This document shows positions 12,246-25,924 of a stretch of 64,000 nt of DNA, piece by piece. Within the stretch, counting starts at the first letter, position 1. The number at the start of each line of letters is the position of its first letter. Below the pieces are notes generated by a model. The model was not told the origin of the DNA, made no database searches, and was given only the letters and a program-made list of their open reading frames with translations. Made by a program: the position numbers and the translations under genes. Origin of the DNA: Octopus bimaculoides (Eukaryota); contig NC_068999.1 of the NCBI RefSeq assembly GCF_001194135.2, positions 1,303,859-1,367,858 on the forward strand, in the 5' to 3' direction.

Positions 12246-13667
12246 CACGAAAATCTATTCTTCGAAAACCTATCGTATTAGTGCTAAATGTTCCGATTCC
12301 ACTCTGTAATAGAAGCATGGTAGTTGAAAAATAAATTTGAAGGCAAAATAAAATTTTTAGACTCTTGCTTCATTAAATAATAATATACAAATTAGTTAAA
12401 ATAGTATTTCTCAAAATATCTGCGTCNNNNNNNNNNNNNNNNNNNNNNNNNNNNNNNNNNNNNNNNNNNNNNNNNNNNNNNNNNNNNNNNNNNNNNNNNN
12501 NNNNNNNNNNNNNNNNNNNNNNNNNNNNNNNNNNNNNNNNNNNNNNNNNNNNNNNNNNNNNNNNNNNNNNNNNNNNNNNNNNNNNNNNNNNNNNNNNNNN
12601 NNNNNNNNNNNNNNNNNNNNNNNNNNNNNNNNNNNNNNNNNNNNNNNNNNNNNNNNNNNNNNNNNNNNNNNNNNNNNNNNNNNNNNNNNNNNNNNNNNNN
12701 NNNNNNNNNNNNNNNNNNNNNNNNNNNNNNNNNNNNNNNNNNNNNNNNNNNNNNNNNNNNNNNNNNNNNNNNNNNNNNNNNNNNNNNNNNNNNNNNNNNN
12801 NNNNNNNNNNNNNNNNNNNNNNNNNNNNNNNNNNNNNNNNNATATATATATATATAGAAAGAGAGAGTCATTTGTATGTATATATGCATTACACGATGAT
12901 ATTTCCCTCCATTTAAATTCTATTCATAACCTATTAACCACTTCACGCTTAAACTGGAATGCGCTTTTCAAAGGAGCATGACATCGGATCGATCCGGAAC
13001 CGAAGAATATTTGGCTGCCGACTTGTTCATATAATGCTATTTCTCATGAAATATAATATATAACTTGAATACAAAAACGAAAAAAAAAACCTTGTTGCTC
13101 GATGTTGTTGATGGTTTATATAACGGTTTGCGATTCAATCTTACAATCTTCGCTCGTTTATGAATAATGGTTCCTCACGAAAATCAAAATTTCGCTTTTA
13201 CCTCGATGTAAACGCATAAATATCTGATCTTAATATTTCCTAAAAACCATTAACTGAATCTTTATGACTGAGTAAGCAAAAATCAATTTATTGTTGTTTT
13301 GCCTAACAATCTTAATTATTACCTACTCTTTAAATCAATAGTTCATTAAAGTGGCGTCACAATGGGAACCTTGATGCGCCATAGATCTTTCTACAATAAA
13401 ATTAAGGCTTTAGAAAATTTATAAAATGCATCAGCGTCTTGAAAATGGGGTTATCCATAGTTTCGTCAAAGACTCGTATAATTAATACAGTAAGTAAAGT
13501 TTTTTTATAGATTTTTGTAAAACGTTTAAAATTGAGATATATTCTTGAAAGTAATCCCGCAAAATACGCAGTAGTATTATATTTGATGTTCCCTGCATCA
13601 CAAATTAAAACCGTTTAAGTAGCACTCACTGATGTATGTTATTAAACTTTTTCTTAATTTATCCCTA

Positions 13668-14054
13668 CAGATTTTCTATAGAATTCAAAGCCAGCTCTGA
13701 AAGATTCGATGATTCGTAAACGAGTAGGTTTATGTAAAAAAAATGCCAGAGAAGAAAGAAAAGTAAATAATATGTGTATATATGGGTTTCCCTTGCTCTC
13801 CACGAATGCCTTCGTTAAATACCCATTAAATGTGGCTGTGTAACACTAGCTGTGTAACACTAGCTGAGAAACCAGTGCATTTATTAAACTTATTCCTGGC
13901 AGCTCGTACATAAATGTATTTTATCTTGCAACCATAATATTCCACCAAGTATTACTCTTGTGTTAGCAGTGCAATGTTCTCATTTTTTAATAACCGTCAC
14001 ATATTTTGTATAGAATTTAGAGCCGGCCCTGAAAGTTACGACGTTTCGTATACG
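13668..14054 (+). repeat. 55-bp direct repeat pair (13668-13722 and 14000-14054)
   Basis: Ungapped alignment, 44/55 identical, offset 332 bp. Confidence 0.8.
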
Positions 14055-14391
14055 TTTAATCACAGATATAATTGATTTTGGTATTGAAAAAAAGCTCGAT
14101 ATACAGGAATGAATCCTAAATATGAACTACTTTGAACACGTGCTCAAAGCCAGTAAGTAAGGTCGGAAGATATTCGTCAATTTGATTTATTTCACTGACA
14201 CCAATAAATAAATTAATATAAGGAACAATTGGTTATGCTGAGGTTTGAACTCAGAATGTCAAGAAATAGGACAACTGTAGCTTATTTTAGTGCGCGCACA
14301 CACACGCACTAATGACTTCGCTACATGACCATGTCTAATATAACATTAGCTGTGTTGGCGGTGATTGATCACTGTCTTTCAGAGAGGAAGA

Positions 14392-14525
14392 CTCAGCTTA
14401 CCTCCCTTTGAATTTATCTGTAAATGGTTGAGTACTCCACAACCTGTTTATTTAATGTAATAGTCAGCCAGCACTAGCGTGTTACAATTGTGTGACAATA
14501 TATTATTTTTTGAATAACACGGTAG
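14392..14525 (-). mobile_element. Degenerate interspersed repeat (probable SINE body)
   Basis: aaatggttgagtactccacaacc...ctagcgtgttacaattgtgtgacaa resembles an octopus SINE body recalled from memory. There is no second copy in the window to confirm it. Confidence 0.35.
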
Positions 14526-14538
14526 CTGCATACGGATA

Positions 14539-14670
14539 ACTTTCCATTTATCCAAATTCACTGAAACGTTATGGGTCAGTTGAAAGCCCGAGGTTTTGGA
14601 ATACCATTTGCTCAATGTGCTACGCGTGTGGATGGAACCCGAATCCTTTTAGCTACGAAAGGGACATTCT
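14539..14670 (-). mobile_element. Highly degenerate SINE family A copy
   Basis: ccatttatccaaattcactg...ggtcagttgaaagcccgagg...tgtgctacgcgtgtggatggaacccgaatcc aligns loosely with the minus-strand family A copies. Confidence 0.5.
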
Positions 14671-15946
14671 TAATAGGTTTAGAGTAATGGCTGTATTTTG
14701 AAAATGCATTTATCTTTCATGCTCATTCCTCTTTTTGAATATATTTAACAACTTGCACATTAATGGCATGCATAACCTTTAAGAGGCAACGAGGAAGACA
14801 CAGTTGTCACGTCACTCTGATTAAAAATAGCAGCTGAATCTCCTATGTAAGTTATATGAAAACACCTTGCATAATGTGATACTATCAAGGAAATAGATGC
14901 AATGTTAACTTTTAGAACACTTCTGCTCGCGTGAACACATTGATCGAAAGCGAGGCTAACACTACACTCTCAATAGTTTTGCTGAGTTGTAAACATATAG
15001 ACATTAACCATTGGACTACAATGTTAAAAGGCATTCATTGGCTTCAGTATATAAGTCAGTGAATTATACTACTTCGTACTAATCTCTATTACAGCAAATA
15101 TATTGATTATAAATTACAGTTACGAAAAAACTGTAATATGCTACTACACATCGCATCTTAACTAACTACATGGAGTAATTAACTTCAATGATTTATTTGT
15201 TTAAATTGCATTGAATTACATTGAAAGAATCCGTACAATCCATCACTCCTTATTCTCTCTTCAATCTTCCATTTATCTCAATTATATAACACAGAATAAA
15301 GAAATATTCTAATGGCGGAAAGTTTCCAATTCTTAGCCAGTTTAATTATTGAAAATATCTGTGGAACTTTTAGTTATATTTGTTTGATTATTTTACATAT
15401 TGAAATGGAGACCATTCTGTGTTTAGAATCCACAATTGTCGACTTTAGACGGAATTTTATTAAATCTGTAAGTGTACGGTAGCTGTCAAAGAATTCTCCG
15501 TTTTGATTATTTAAATTATGTAGAATGTTCAGCAACATTCTTTTCAATTATATTTTATAAATTCCAACTCCATTCTCCGTTTAAAATTCTCAAAGTATCG
15601 ATCTTGAAATGGAAATTCATTGAGATTCTAACAATAATATATAAACGGCAATAAGTTTCCTACTTTGCCGTTTAATTTATATGAAATTCTTGTGTGTGTA
15701 TAAGGGGAAAACCCCCTTAAATGTAGTGGGCTCTTTCTGTGAACCTATTGTGGAAGGGTTCAGTAGGTGTAGACGTATAGATGTCAAGGTTAGCAAGAGA
15801 AACCTGAGTTAGTGAGATGAAGAATAAGAGGACCGATATCTCCATTAAATGCTTGCAACAGCCAAGGCCATTTAGGGGTAACAAATGGCACTCTTCTTTT
15901 AATTTTGACTCTGTATCTTCAGGAGGAGTTACCTCAATCCTTTCTA

Positions 15947-16028
<82 letters not shown>
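15947..16028. repeat. (TTA)n microsatellite
   Basis: Read directly from the sequence; abuts the 5' end of a family B SINE. Confidence 0.97.
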
Positions 16029-16030
<2 letters not shown>

Positions 16031-16240
16031 GGCGGAGAGCTCGCAGAATCGTTAGCATGCCTGGAAAAATTCTTTGCCGCATTTTATCCGTCGATTCGTT
16101 CTGAGTTCAAATTCCAACGAGGTCGACTCGGCCATTCTTCCTGTCGGAGTCGATGACATAAGTACCAGTGAAACACTGGGGTTGAAATAATCGACTTACC
16201 ACTTCGTAACCCGAAATTTAGCCTACATTTGAAACCATTA
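16029..16240 (+). mobile_element. SINE family B, directly after a (TTA)n tract
   Basis: aaggcggagagctcgcagaatcgttagc...gttctgagttcaaattcc...gaggtcgact...taagtaccagt...ctggggttg...tttgaaaccattattatt. Confidence 0.85.
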
Positions 16241-16924
16241 TTATTATCATTATTCAGGTCCTGCTTTATTTGGATATTAATCTGTTACATATTGAAGCCG
16301 GTTTTTTATTGAATGATTACACCGAATGATTAATGAGAAATATGTCAGGATTTTGAAAATGTCTCATTGTAGAGAAGTATGCACCAGTGACAGACATTCA
16401 ATGCGACATTAATGATAGATCTGTAAAATTGTTCGCAAATAAGCAGTCACCATCACCGCCATATTTCCAAAATTATACAGTTGCTGAACAATGTGAGATC
16501 CACCCCACTCACTGTCAATCATAACGTTTCATTTTATTTTTTATATAATGTTTATATAGTTCTGCTTCACAAATGGGGTTTGATAGAGTATAAGTAAATT
16601 GATTTATTTATGTATCCACGCGTATGAAACGAGACATGAAATGGCACGTATGATACATCAAATGTATTAATACCCATCAAATTAAATTAGAATGATATAT
16701 TTATGTATCTGTATTTGATTTTTATTTTCATTTTTCGCCCCTGCGTTCTTCTCCGTCTGTTCAAAGCACTCATTTATTGGTGCTTGTTATTTTGCTTTTA
16801 TTAATGATACTAGAGTATTATCTAATATGTGACGGCCAACCAGTGACAAGAATAGTATTATTATATATACATGCACAAAAGAAAACACACATACACCCAT
16901 CCGCACACTTATATATATGCATGC

Positions 16925-17019
<95 letters not shown>

Positions 17020-17206
17020 TAAGTATTGCTAGATACATACATTGATATGCGTGTATATATGTATGAATGTATATAAATAAATTTATATACATAGAATATA
17101 ATGTATAAATATATATGTGTGCATGTATATACATATGCATTCGAGTACTTAAGTTTGTGCATATGTGTGTGTGTGTATGTGTGTATACAGAGAGAGNNNN
17201 NNNNNN

Positions 17207-17247
<41 letters not shown>

Positions 17248-17673
17248 AGAGAGAGAGAGAGAGTAAGTAAGTGAGAGAGAGAGAGAGTAAAAGAGTGAAA
17301 GTGACGTAGAGACGTGTTTGAGAGCATGAATACTAAGGGAGGTTTGTCGTCGCTTCGATTTCTCTGTCAGTGTATATGCGTGCATGAGTTTAATTTAGTG
17401 TGAAACCAAATTATTTCAATACATTTGAAGTCTTCATCCTATTTACCATTTCTTTACATAGTGTTTATATTCATTGCTGTTTTCTTTGCAATCATTATTA
17501 TTATTATTATTATTAATATCATTTTTATTTCTGTATTCATAATTGCATTGCGTCATTTCATTTAATAATTGATGGATGTCTTCTGTGCTTTTCTTTTGGC
17601 TACGTGCAACTTTCTGTAATATTGTTACTTATGCGCGTATTTTTATATTTACTTTTCGTTCAAGAACACTCAC

Positions 17674-17810
17674 GGAGTTATTGTACTCAACGTACTCTGC
17701 ATTATACATGTGGAGCTTTAGTATATAATAGAAAATTCTAGCAGCAAACGTCCACTTCATATCTGGAGTAAATATTTTTGCTATTTTATATAATGTATGT
17801 AAGCTCTCGC
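17674..17810 (-). CDS. Candidate internal exon (137 nt) with protein-kinase subdomain V-VIa-like spacing; unconfirmed
   Basis: Acceptor ttattttcgatatgctAG and consensus donor tcc|GTGAGT. The open frame is G-ESLHTLYKIAKIFTPDMKWTFAARIFYYILKLHMYNAEYVEYNNS. All three + strand frames across the same segment are closed. No partner exons were identified. Confidence 0.28.
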
Positions 17811-19815
17811 CTAGCATATCGAAAATAATATATATATATATACAACTCACATGCATACATCGATATATACATATGCATACACACACGCATGTGCAGAGCA
17901 AAATTATCTTATTTTGTTTTGGCTCTCTCTATATGTGAATAAACACTATAATTTATGTGTTGTGTCTGTAAATTCTGTGTTAGTTATGTTGCGTCTTTAA
18001 GTCCAAATGTAACTCAAGTCAAATATGTTAAACATGCTTTGTTGTGTAACGATGTGTCAGGTTTTCCTTAATCTTTTGAAAAATAAATGGCTATTCCTTT
18101 TGTGAATTTCTATGTACATTATGCATTGAAGTCTTGTGTTTTTACTTTTTCTCTAAGTTTGTTTCAATAAATATGACGATACCCTAATTTTGTTAGTATT
18201 TTGACTCCACATTTTGCTCGTCTCAATTTCAAAAATGTTATATTTCTATAGACCCATCATATTAGTTACAGATATATAATTATCGCTCGCTGGAACCTAT
18301 AGATCGAATAAAAGAAATTCCGTCTCTTGTTGGTGAAGACCACATTAAAATAAGAAAGATTTACATTTCCATGTCTGTATGAATCCCTATATCTCAGCAT
18401 AGAGTCACTCAACAAGACTTTATTTTCCTGTATATGCTTGTGGCATCTTTATTCAGTGAATATTTAATAATACGAATATAGTTTCCTCTGTTTGAAGCAT
18501 CCATTTCTGTGAAGCTATATAACGTGTGTTTTATCGCATTTGACTGTGGTCGTGTGTCTATGCGTGCGTGCGTTCGTACATGTTTACAGGTTTGGATACC
18601 AGCTATTCTACAAATATTCTTTCTAGTTTATCTCAAGTGGTAATGATGTTGCTGTTGCCTTCTTATATGCTGAATGGAAATGCATAAGTTCAAATATTTG
18701 TATTATATATTATGTACGTGTTACTTTACAGCATCATTCCCAGTGCATCAAACATAATAGAGTTTGTTTTCTGTTATCAACTACGTAATTCAAGATATCT
18801 GTATTTCGAGATATTCCATCCATTTGCATATCATATCCAAGTCTTTTAGAGATTTATTATTGCCGGTTGGGATTGATATTCTTGCAATATATTTACTTGG
18901 CGCTATTATGTATAAGTATTTGGATTGATGCACCATTCTTCGAAGAACTTCAGTCACATGACATATGGCGTTTCATTCATTGAGGCAAAACTATTCGTTT
19001 TATGTTTGTACGACCGTTCGTCCATCTATTATCAATTTTACTTCATCATAAACGGTCTTTCACATTACTTTAAATGTAATGTTACACGTCGCCCATCCTC
19101 GTGGCAATAAACGAATCATTACCATCATTGCTAATCTTATTATTTCATAGATTATTCACAGTATGATACATATAGCAATAGCTTCCTATTATCTAAACAA
19201 TTGACAAAAATGATACATCTAGGAAAACTGGCATAAACTTTGTTCAATGCCAACAACAAGATTCAAAGCCAGCAACAACGTTCAAGATTACAATTGCCAC
19301 CTGACAATGCCTTTATACTTTTTGCAAATCCGAGAATTGCTATTTTCTGCTGTGAACATTTATCGAACTACATACAAGTGGTAGTAGCACCTCTACAGTT
19401 TTAACCATTACACAAAAGGTAATAGAAATATTTGTCAATAGGCATCATGCTCTTATTTCAACGCTTAACTTAATTTTTTCAAATTTGAGACTCCCTTCAC
19501 ACTTCATTAAGGATGTCATATTGCTACCTAATTACTAAGATACTATCAATTTTAATTTGGCAAATGAACGGAAGTTATGTGAAACTGTGTGTTGAAGTTA
19601 CAAAATATTTTCACACAGTTATTTTCTGAAGGAGAGAATGTTTTCTTAAAGAAGCTGGAATATGATGGTTTGGCGACTGTAAAATAGCATACTGACATTC
19701 TCGATTCTCCGAGTCTATGTTTCGAGGTCAAGTGCCGCTAAAGGTGAAGTATTCTCATGTCTAATTCATTACACATTCTACATTCGTCATCTGCATTGTA
19801 CGAGTTGGGAATATT

Positions 19816-20028
19816 CTTTTCTGCTCTAGGCACAAGGCCCAAAATTTTGGAAGAAGGGGCCAGTCGATTAGATCGACCCCAGTACGCAATTGGTACTTAC
19901 TTTATTGACTCCGAAAAGATGAAAGGCAAAGTCGACATCAGCTGAACTTGAACTCTGAACGTAAAGACAGACGAAATACCGCTAAGCATTTCATCCGGCG
20001 TGCTACCGATTCTGCCAGCTCGCCGCCT
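19816..20028 (-). mobile_element. Full-length SINE family B with a 17-bp TSD
   Basis: Well-preserved copy. The perfect direct repeat tacgagttgggaatatt occurs at 19799-19815 and 20029-20045. Confidence 0.92.
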
Positions 20029-20934
20029 TACGAGTTGGGAATATTGCGAAAGTGGGAATATCGTGAAAATATTCTTCTTTTTTAATTATTTTATCACAAT
20101 TGACTCATTATGTCAGTTATTAATCGCTAAGTCATTTTTTGTGGGCACCTATCAAGCGCTCCTCATAATTCTGGCCAATTTTCCAGTGTATGAAATCCTA
20201 GAACTTTTCATGTCCTTATAGATATTTCTTCATGGCAAACATTAACAGAAGCCTCTGAATCTTTGCTGTTTCGCGTCTCTTCTTGTTTCCTGCGATTGTT
20301 GAAGCGTTTTATTTCGTTCTTTACTTTCTTACTTATAGACAGGTAATCTTTCTCTTTTTGTTTTTTCGCTCTTTTCATTCTAAACCAGGATGTTTATGTT
20401 ACTGATTCTATTCCATTGATTCCGTTTTTATTTTAACCAATTCTTGATAAATATTTTCTTTCTTCTCCAGACGAAGTGATCGTTTTCTACAAATAATGGC
20501 TGCTTTCTATAATAACAGATTTCTTTGCCATTAAGCAAGTTTTTCTTCTTTTCAGTGTCTTCTTTTTTATTTCGATGAAAACATTACTGGCGATGCTACA
20601 TTCCTTCAGTAATTTACACATTATTTTAAAATTCGTTCTTAACGACATACAATTTATCATAAACTGCAATATATTTTCATTTTATTGCATATATAGTTTT
20701 TGAGTGACATCATTCGAAAGCTGAAATGATGCGAAGCGCCTTGCGACTAGCGATGTGTAACAACATCTGATACACTGGTCGGTCCTGCGATCGGGTGATT
20801 TTGAGTGTGTTACCACTATTTTGTGGGGGTTACGTTATCGCTGCACGATTCCCATTCTTTGTAATGTAGCTGTTGTATAGAAAAATGTTTCACATTGCAA
20901 ATTTTCTCTTAGATTCAAAATGCGACGTTCGATT

Positions 20935-21380
<446 letters not shown>

Positions 21381-21758
21381 TGGTGATTTTAGAAGTCGTT
21401 GCTTCATTTGTTTATTTTCTTTTCCTCTGCGCTGTCTTTTGTCAAAGTTAAACGGAGTCATTTTAAAAGATTTCTCGATAACCTCCTATTTAGATTTCTT
21501 TCATTTCCAGCTTGAATTCTTATCTCAAAATCATTTCATATAAATGATATATCAAACTACAAAATCTTTCCACGTAAAGATTCATATTCGCTACTCTATG
21601 CTGTTGTCGCAATCGCTGCTACTTCTGCGCTATTTTCGTTGTTTTGTTATTTTCTGTTTTGTGTATGTGTTTCTTGTTTGTTTTGTTATTTAATATAAAT
21701 TTTAATTTTCAGGTAGTTTTTTGTTTACTTTTTGGGTTTTTTGCTTTGTTTTGGGTTT

Positions 21759-21792
<34 letters not shown>

Positions 21793-22154
21793 TATATATA
21801 TATNNNNNNNNNNNNNNNNNNNNNNNNNNNNNNNNNNNNNNNNNNNNNNNNNNNNNNNNNNNNNNNNNNNNNNNNNNNNNNNNNNNNNNNNNNNNNNNNN
21901 NNNNNNNNNNNNNNNNNNNNNNNNNNNNNNNNNNNNNNNNNNNNNNNNNNNNNNNNNNNNNNNNNNNNNNNNNNNNNNNNNNNNNNNNNNNNNNNNNNNN
22001 NNNNNNNNNNNNNNNNNNNNNNNNNNNNNNNNNNNNNNNNNNNNNNNNNNNNNNNNNNNNNNNNNNNNNNNNNNNNNNNNNNNNNNNNNNNNNNNNNNNN
22101 NNNNNNNNNNNNNNNNNNNNNNNNNNNNNNNNNNNNNNNNNNNNNNNNNNNNAT

Positions 22155-22250
<96 letters not shown>

Positions 22251-22357
22251 TATAATGACACATTATTAGACACAGTTTCAATAACTTTCTACGAACCATA
22301 ATGATCAGTCTCATTATAGATCTGAATATCAGCTTCATTATCATTATCAAAATCACG

Positions 22358-22388
<31 letters not shown>

Positions 22389-22778
22389 TCATCACCATTC
22401 CCACCACCATCATCGCCATCCACCGTATGTACACCGCACACCGTACCTCGTTATCTCCACCGTCTCCTTCATGTTTAATGTCTTAAATATTTTTATGTAA
22501 ACACAATGTCTACAATTCCATCCACGCTTTTTAGGAAATTATTAATTTTGTTGTTAATCATTTGTGTTTAAATATTATTTTATGAAGAATAATATCAGAT
22601 TTATCATCACGAAAGTGAAGAGGAGAAGAGGGCACGTATATATGGGTATTTACGCAGCATGAATGCGCACGCGCGTGTGTATGTATGTATGTACGTAAGT
22701 ATGTATGTATACGCATGCGTGTGTGTTTTTGTCGTGGGGGTGTTGTGTATGTTTTTGTGTGTGCATTAAGGGTGATGA

Positions 22779-22931
22779 GGTGGCTGTGTTGCACGAAGCC
22801 TGTTTCCCAACCACATGGTTCGGGTTCAGTCCCACTGCATGGCACCTCGAGCAAGTCTCTTCTACTATAGATTCGGGCCGACTAAAGGCTTCGTTGTGAA
22901 TTTAGTACACGGCAAATGAAGAAATCCCTTC

Positions 22932-22968
<37 letters not shown>

Positions 22969-23075
22969 TATACATGTGTGTACGTGTGTGTGTGTTTGTG
23001 TGTGTCTTTGTGCCCGTGTTGGTTCCCAACCACTGCTTGTGGTATTGGTGTGTTTACGACTCTGTAACTTAGCCA
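22779..23075 (+). mobile_element. SINE family A: head and body, internal (TA)n(TG)n, start of the 3' module
   Basis: A-box-like tggctgtgttg and B-box-like gggttcagtccc, then the body, a microsatellite, and ggtgtgtttacgactctgtaacttagc. Confidence 0.85.
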
Positions 23076-23827
23076 GTCTCTATAGGTTGTGTGGAGCCTC
23101 AGCTATGAAAAATATGATTTCTGTTTAAAGATATGGAGTGCAGTGTTCAATCTCTTTAAAACATTCCACTGCATTTTGTTTTCTCGCAAAATTGGTTTTT
23201 TTGTTGTTGTTTTTTTATTGGCAGTCAATGTATTTTCGTCAGTTTTATTTCTTGTGGTAGGTCCAAGTAAAACTCCGGGCTATGGCAATAATACTATTTG
23301 TATTGTAATTGTGCATAAAAAGAAATATCTTAAAGGGATTGGAAGCAAACAAAAAAGATGTTCATCGCTTTTCATTACTCTCCACGTGCAAAAACAAAAT
23401 AGTAAAATATACATGATTATTTTTCCTTCATTGTATTCATTTTGAAACAAAACGCCCATTTTGTTTGTTTTGTCACCCTTTATTAAATTCTTTGTATTTT
23501 GGGGCAAAAACTCCTTTTGTTTCCTTGTTTTCAATTTTGACAGTTCCTTGTTTTCAGTTTAAAGATACTCTATTGCCTTGATTTGAAACAGCTTCTATTT
23601 CCGACTGTGAGAACACTGGTCTTATTTCATCGGCGAAAAATATATAATTTGAAATACTTCTAGCGTGTTAAGTATTAATTTTTCGAAATCATGAATGCAA
23701 TATTCGCCATCAGCATGCAAAACTACATCTTTGTGGAAAATTTGAATACCACCCCTTTAGAATTAAAAACGGAGTGATTGGAAGGGGAAAAACTTATAAA
23801 AATAGACGGTTGATGAATGGCAATAAG

Positions 23828-24031
23828 TCTTGACACAAGGCCAGCAATTTTGAAGGAGAGGTACATCGATTTCAGTGACACCAGTGTTCAACTCGTACTC
23901 ATTTTAAAGACCCCGAAAGAATGAACGGCAAAGTTGACACCGGCAGAATTTGAACTCATAACGTCAAGAGAAATATACGCTACGAAACATTGTGTCTGTC
24001 ACGGTAACAATACTGTCAGTGTGCCGCCTTA
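23828..24031 (-). mobile_element. SINE family B, diverged
   Basis: gacacaaggccagcaattttg...gaccccgaaagaatgaacggcaaagttgacaccggcagaatttgaactcataacgt...gtgccgcctta. Confidence 0.8.
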
Positions 24032-25124
24032 ACAGATAGTGTAATAATGGTTCCAATATGTCTGTTTATTAATCTCTTCAATCAGAATTGATGCGGCAAT
24101 CGTGGTTGGAGCACGCTAAATGTAACAACACAACAATAACATATTAGAATGTAAATTTCATCTAAATTAAAAATACAACAATCGGTTTTGAACTTGTTAT
24201 CTCTAAATCTATGATTTAACCCCTACAAATATAGATCCAAGGAACAAATAAGAAATTATCGCAAGATTAATTATTTAATTCGTGATCTTATCAGTTGGAT
24301 GAAAGAATGCTTTTCTCTTTCTTTTGTATAACGTTTTACAGGTGTTTATTTTGTATCGAAGGTAAGAGAATTACTGAAAGAGATAAAGAAGTGGGAGGTG
24401 GGGGCTGGAGAGAGAACATGTTTCCATAAAATGGAACAAAAGTCAAGAATTTAGAATTAAGAATATTTCAACGACAACAAGGAAAGAGAAGTCACCTATC
24501 ACTAATATGTGCCTGAACCGTAACAAAAATAGTGTTTATAAGAAATTAAATGTATCACCTTTAATCCTGTTGCTAAAATTGAAAGCTGGTTAATTAAACT
24601 ACGGTGCTCATTTAATTAATCACGTACTTAATTGGCGTGTATTTAAATGGGTATCGTTTACATGTATGTGGATGTCTGAATGCATGTATGCGCACGCGCT
24701 CACACAATGTATCTCTATGTATGTTTGTATGCATGTATAGGTATGTGTGTGTGTGTGCGTGTGTGTGTGTGTCCGCATGAGTTTGTATATTAAGGCATGC
24801 GTGTGTGTGTGTCTGCATCCGTGTCCGACTCTATGAGTTTGCATACGTACTTCGGTGGCTTGCTGCATTGTACAACCTGGATGGATGTATACAGAAGTGT
24901 GTATATAAATACATAGGATTGTGATTGAGGCCATTTCTCATATTCAAAACTTCTCTCTGGAAATGACTTCACAATTCGTTCTTGTGTCTTGTAAATTCTG
25001 TAATTCTGCACTACAAGATAAGCTGTAATTAATCATGCGAAGAATATGGCACGATCATAACTAGATACACAATACTGTGCTAAACGATACATGTCTCTTC
25101 AAAGTATGTGCCTCGAACCGTCGA

Positions 25125-25210
25125 AATAGGTCCTGGGGTCGATCCATCCGACTAAAAGTCTTCAGGATGGTGCCCCAGCATGACCGCAGACTAATGACTG
25201 AAACAAGGGA
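25125..25210 (+). mobile_element. SINE family A 3' tail only
   Basis: gtcctggggtcgatccatccgactaaaag...ggtgccccagcatgaccgcagactaatgactgaaacaag is the reverse complement of the tail seen at 34493-34570. Confidence 0.75.
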
Positions 25211-25429
25211 AGCATAAAAGCCTAGTCTGTATTATCACCTTTATTCTTCTTGATATGAATCAGTTGGAATCGATTTACATTTATTAAGAGGGTCAGGTAT
25301 CGCTACCGATTTAGTGTGGTAAGAGCAATCACTTTCTCTATTCGGCAATATCGAAATGACCATCTGGTGGAGCCATTTCTTACCACGAAACGCTCGTTCT
25401 ATCTATCATTTCCTCCATGACATCCCCAC

Positions 25430-25575
25430 CTCTCCACCACGCTAACCCCTTTTACTTAGGGCCAAATGGAATATCCTCTTTCGCATTTACAAGAACACAA
25501 TGCACTGCCCGTGCCAGGGATCGAACCCATAGTCTAGTGATCGTGAGTGCTATACCCTAACCACTGGGCCACGCG
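25430..25575 (-). mobile_element. tRNA-headed SINE of a third type (C)
   Basis: The minus strand gcgtggcccagtggttagggtatagcactcacgatcactagactatgggttcgatccctggc has a canonical Pol III A-box (TGGCCCAGTGG, 25561-25571) and B-box (GGTTCGATCC, 25518-25527). It continues into gtgcattgtgttcttg; the 3' boundary is uncertain. Confidence 0.7.
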
Positions 25576-25669
25576 TATTCACAGAATTTATATAAGGTAA
25601 AGTAACAGCAATAAAGGATTCTGATTTAGACAAAATTTAAATATCTTGTTGGGTAGGATAGTTGATGCT

Positions 25670-25815
25670 ATCCATTTAGTACTTAAACAACTAGTTTATT
25701 TTATCGGTCCCACAAGAATGAAAGTCAACGCTGACCTCAGCTACATTTGAAATCAGAAACAATAGGGACAAATAACGGGAGGTATTCTGTTCGATGCCCC
25801 TAGCAATTTAGCAAA
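25670..25815 (-). mobile_element. Highly degenerate SINE family B
   Basis: ctagtttattttatcggtcccacaagaatgaaagtcaacgctgacctcagctacatttgaaatcagaa resembles the minus-strand family B copies. Confidence 0.5.
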
Positions 25816-25884
25816 CATATTGATGCCCGAAGTTAATGCTATTAATATTTATGGTGCATAATTGTAGCATTTATAAAATTAATG

Positions 25885-25924
<40 letters not shown>

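Noticed and set aside
13835-13866. 14-bp tandem duplication (gctgtgtaacacta x2)
   Set aside because: An ordinary slippage event with no further structure.
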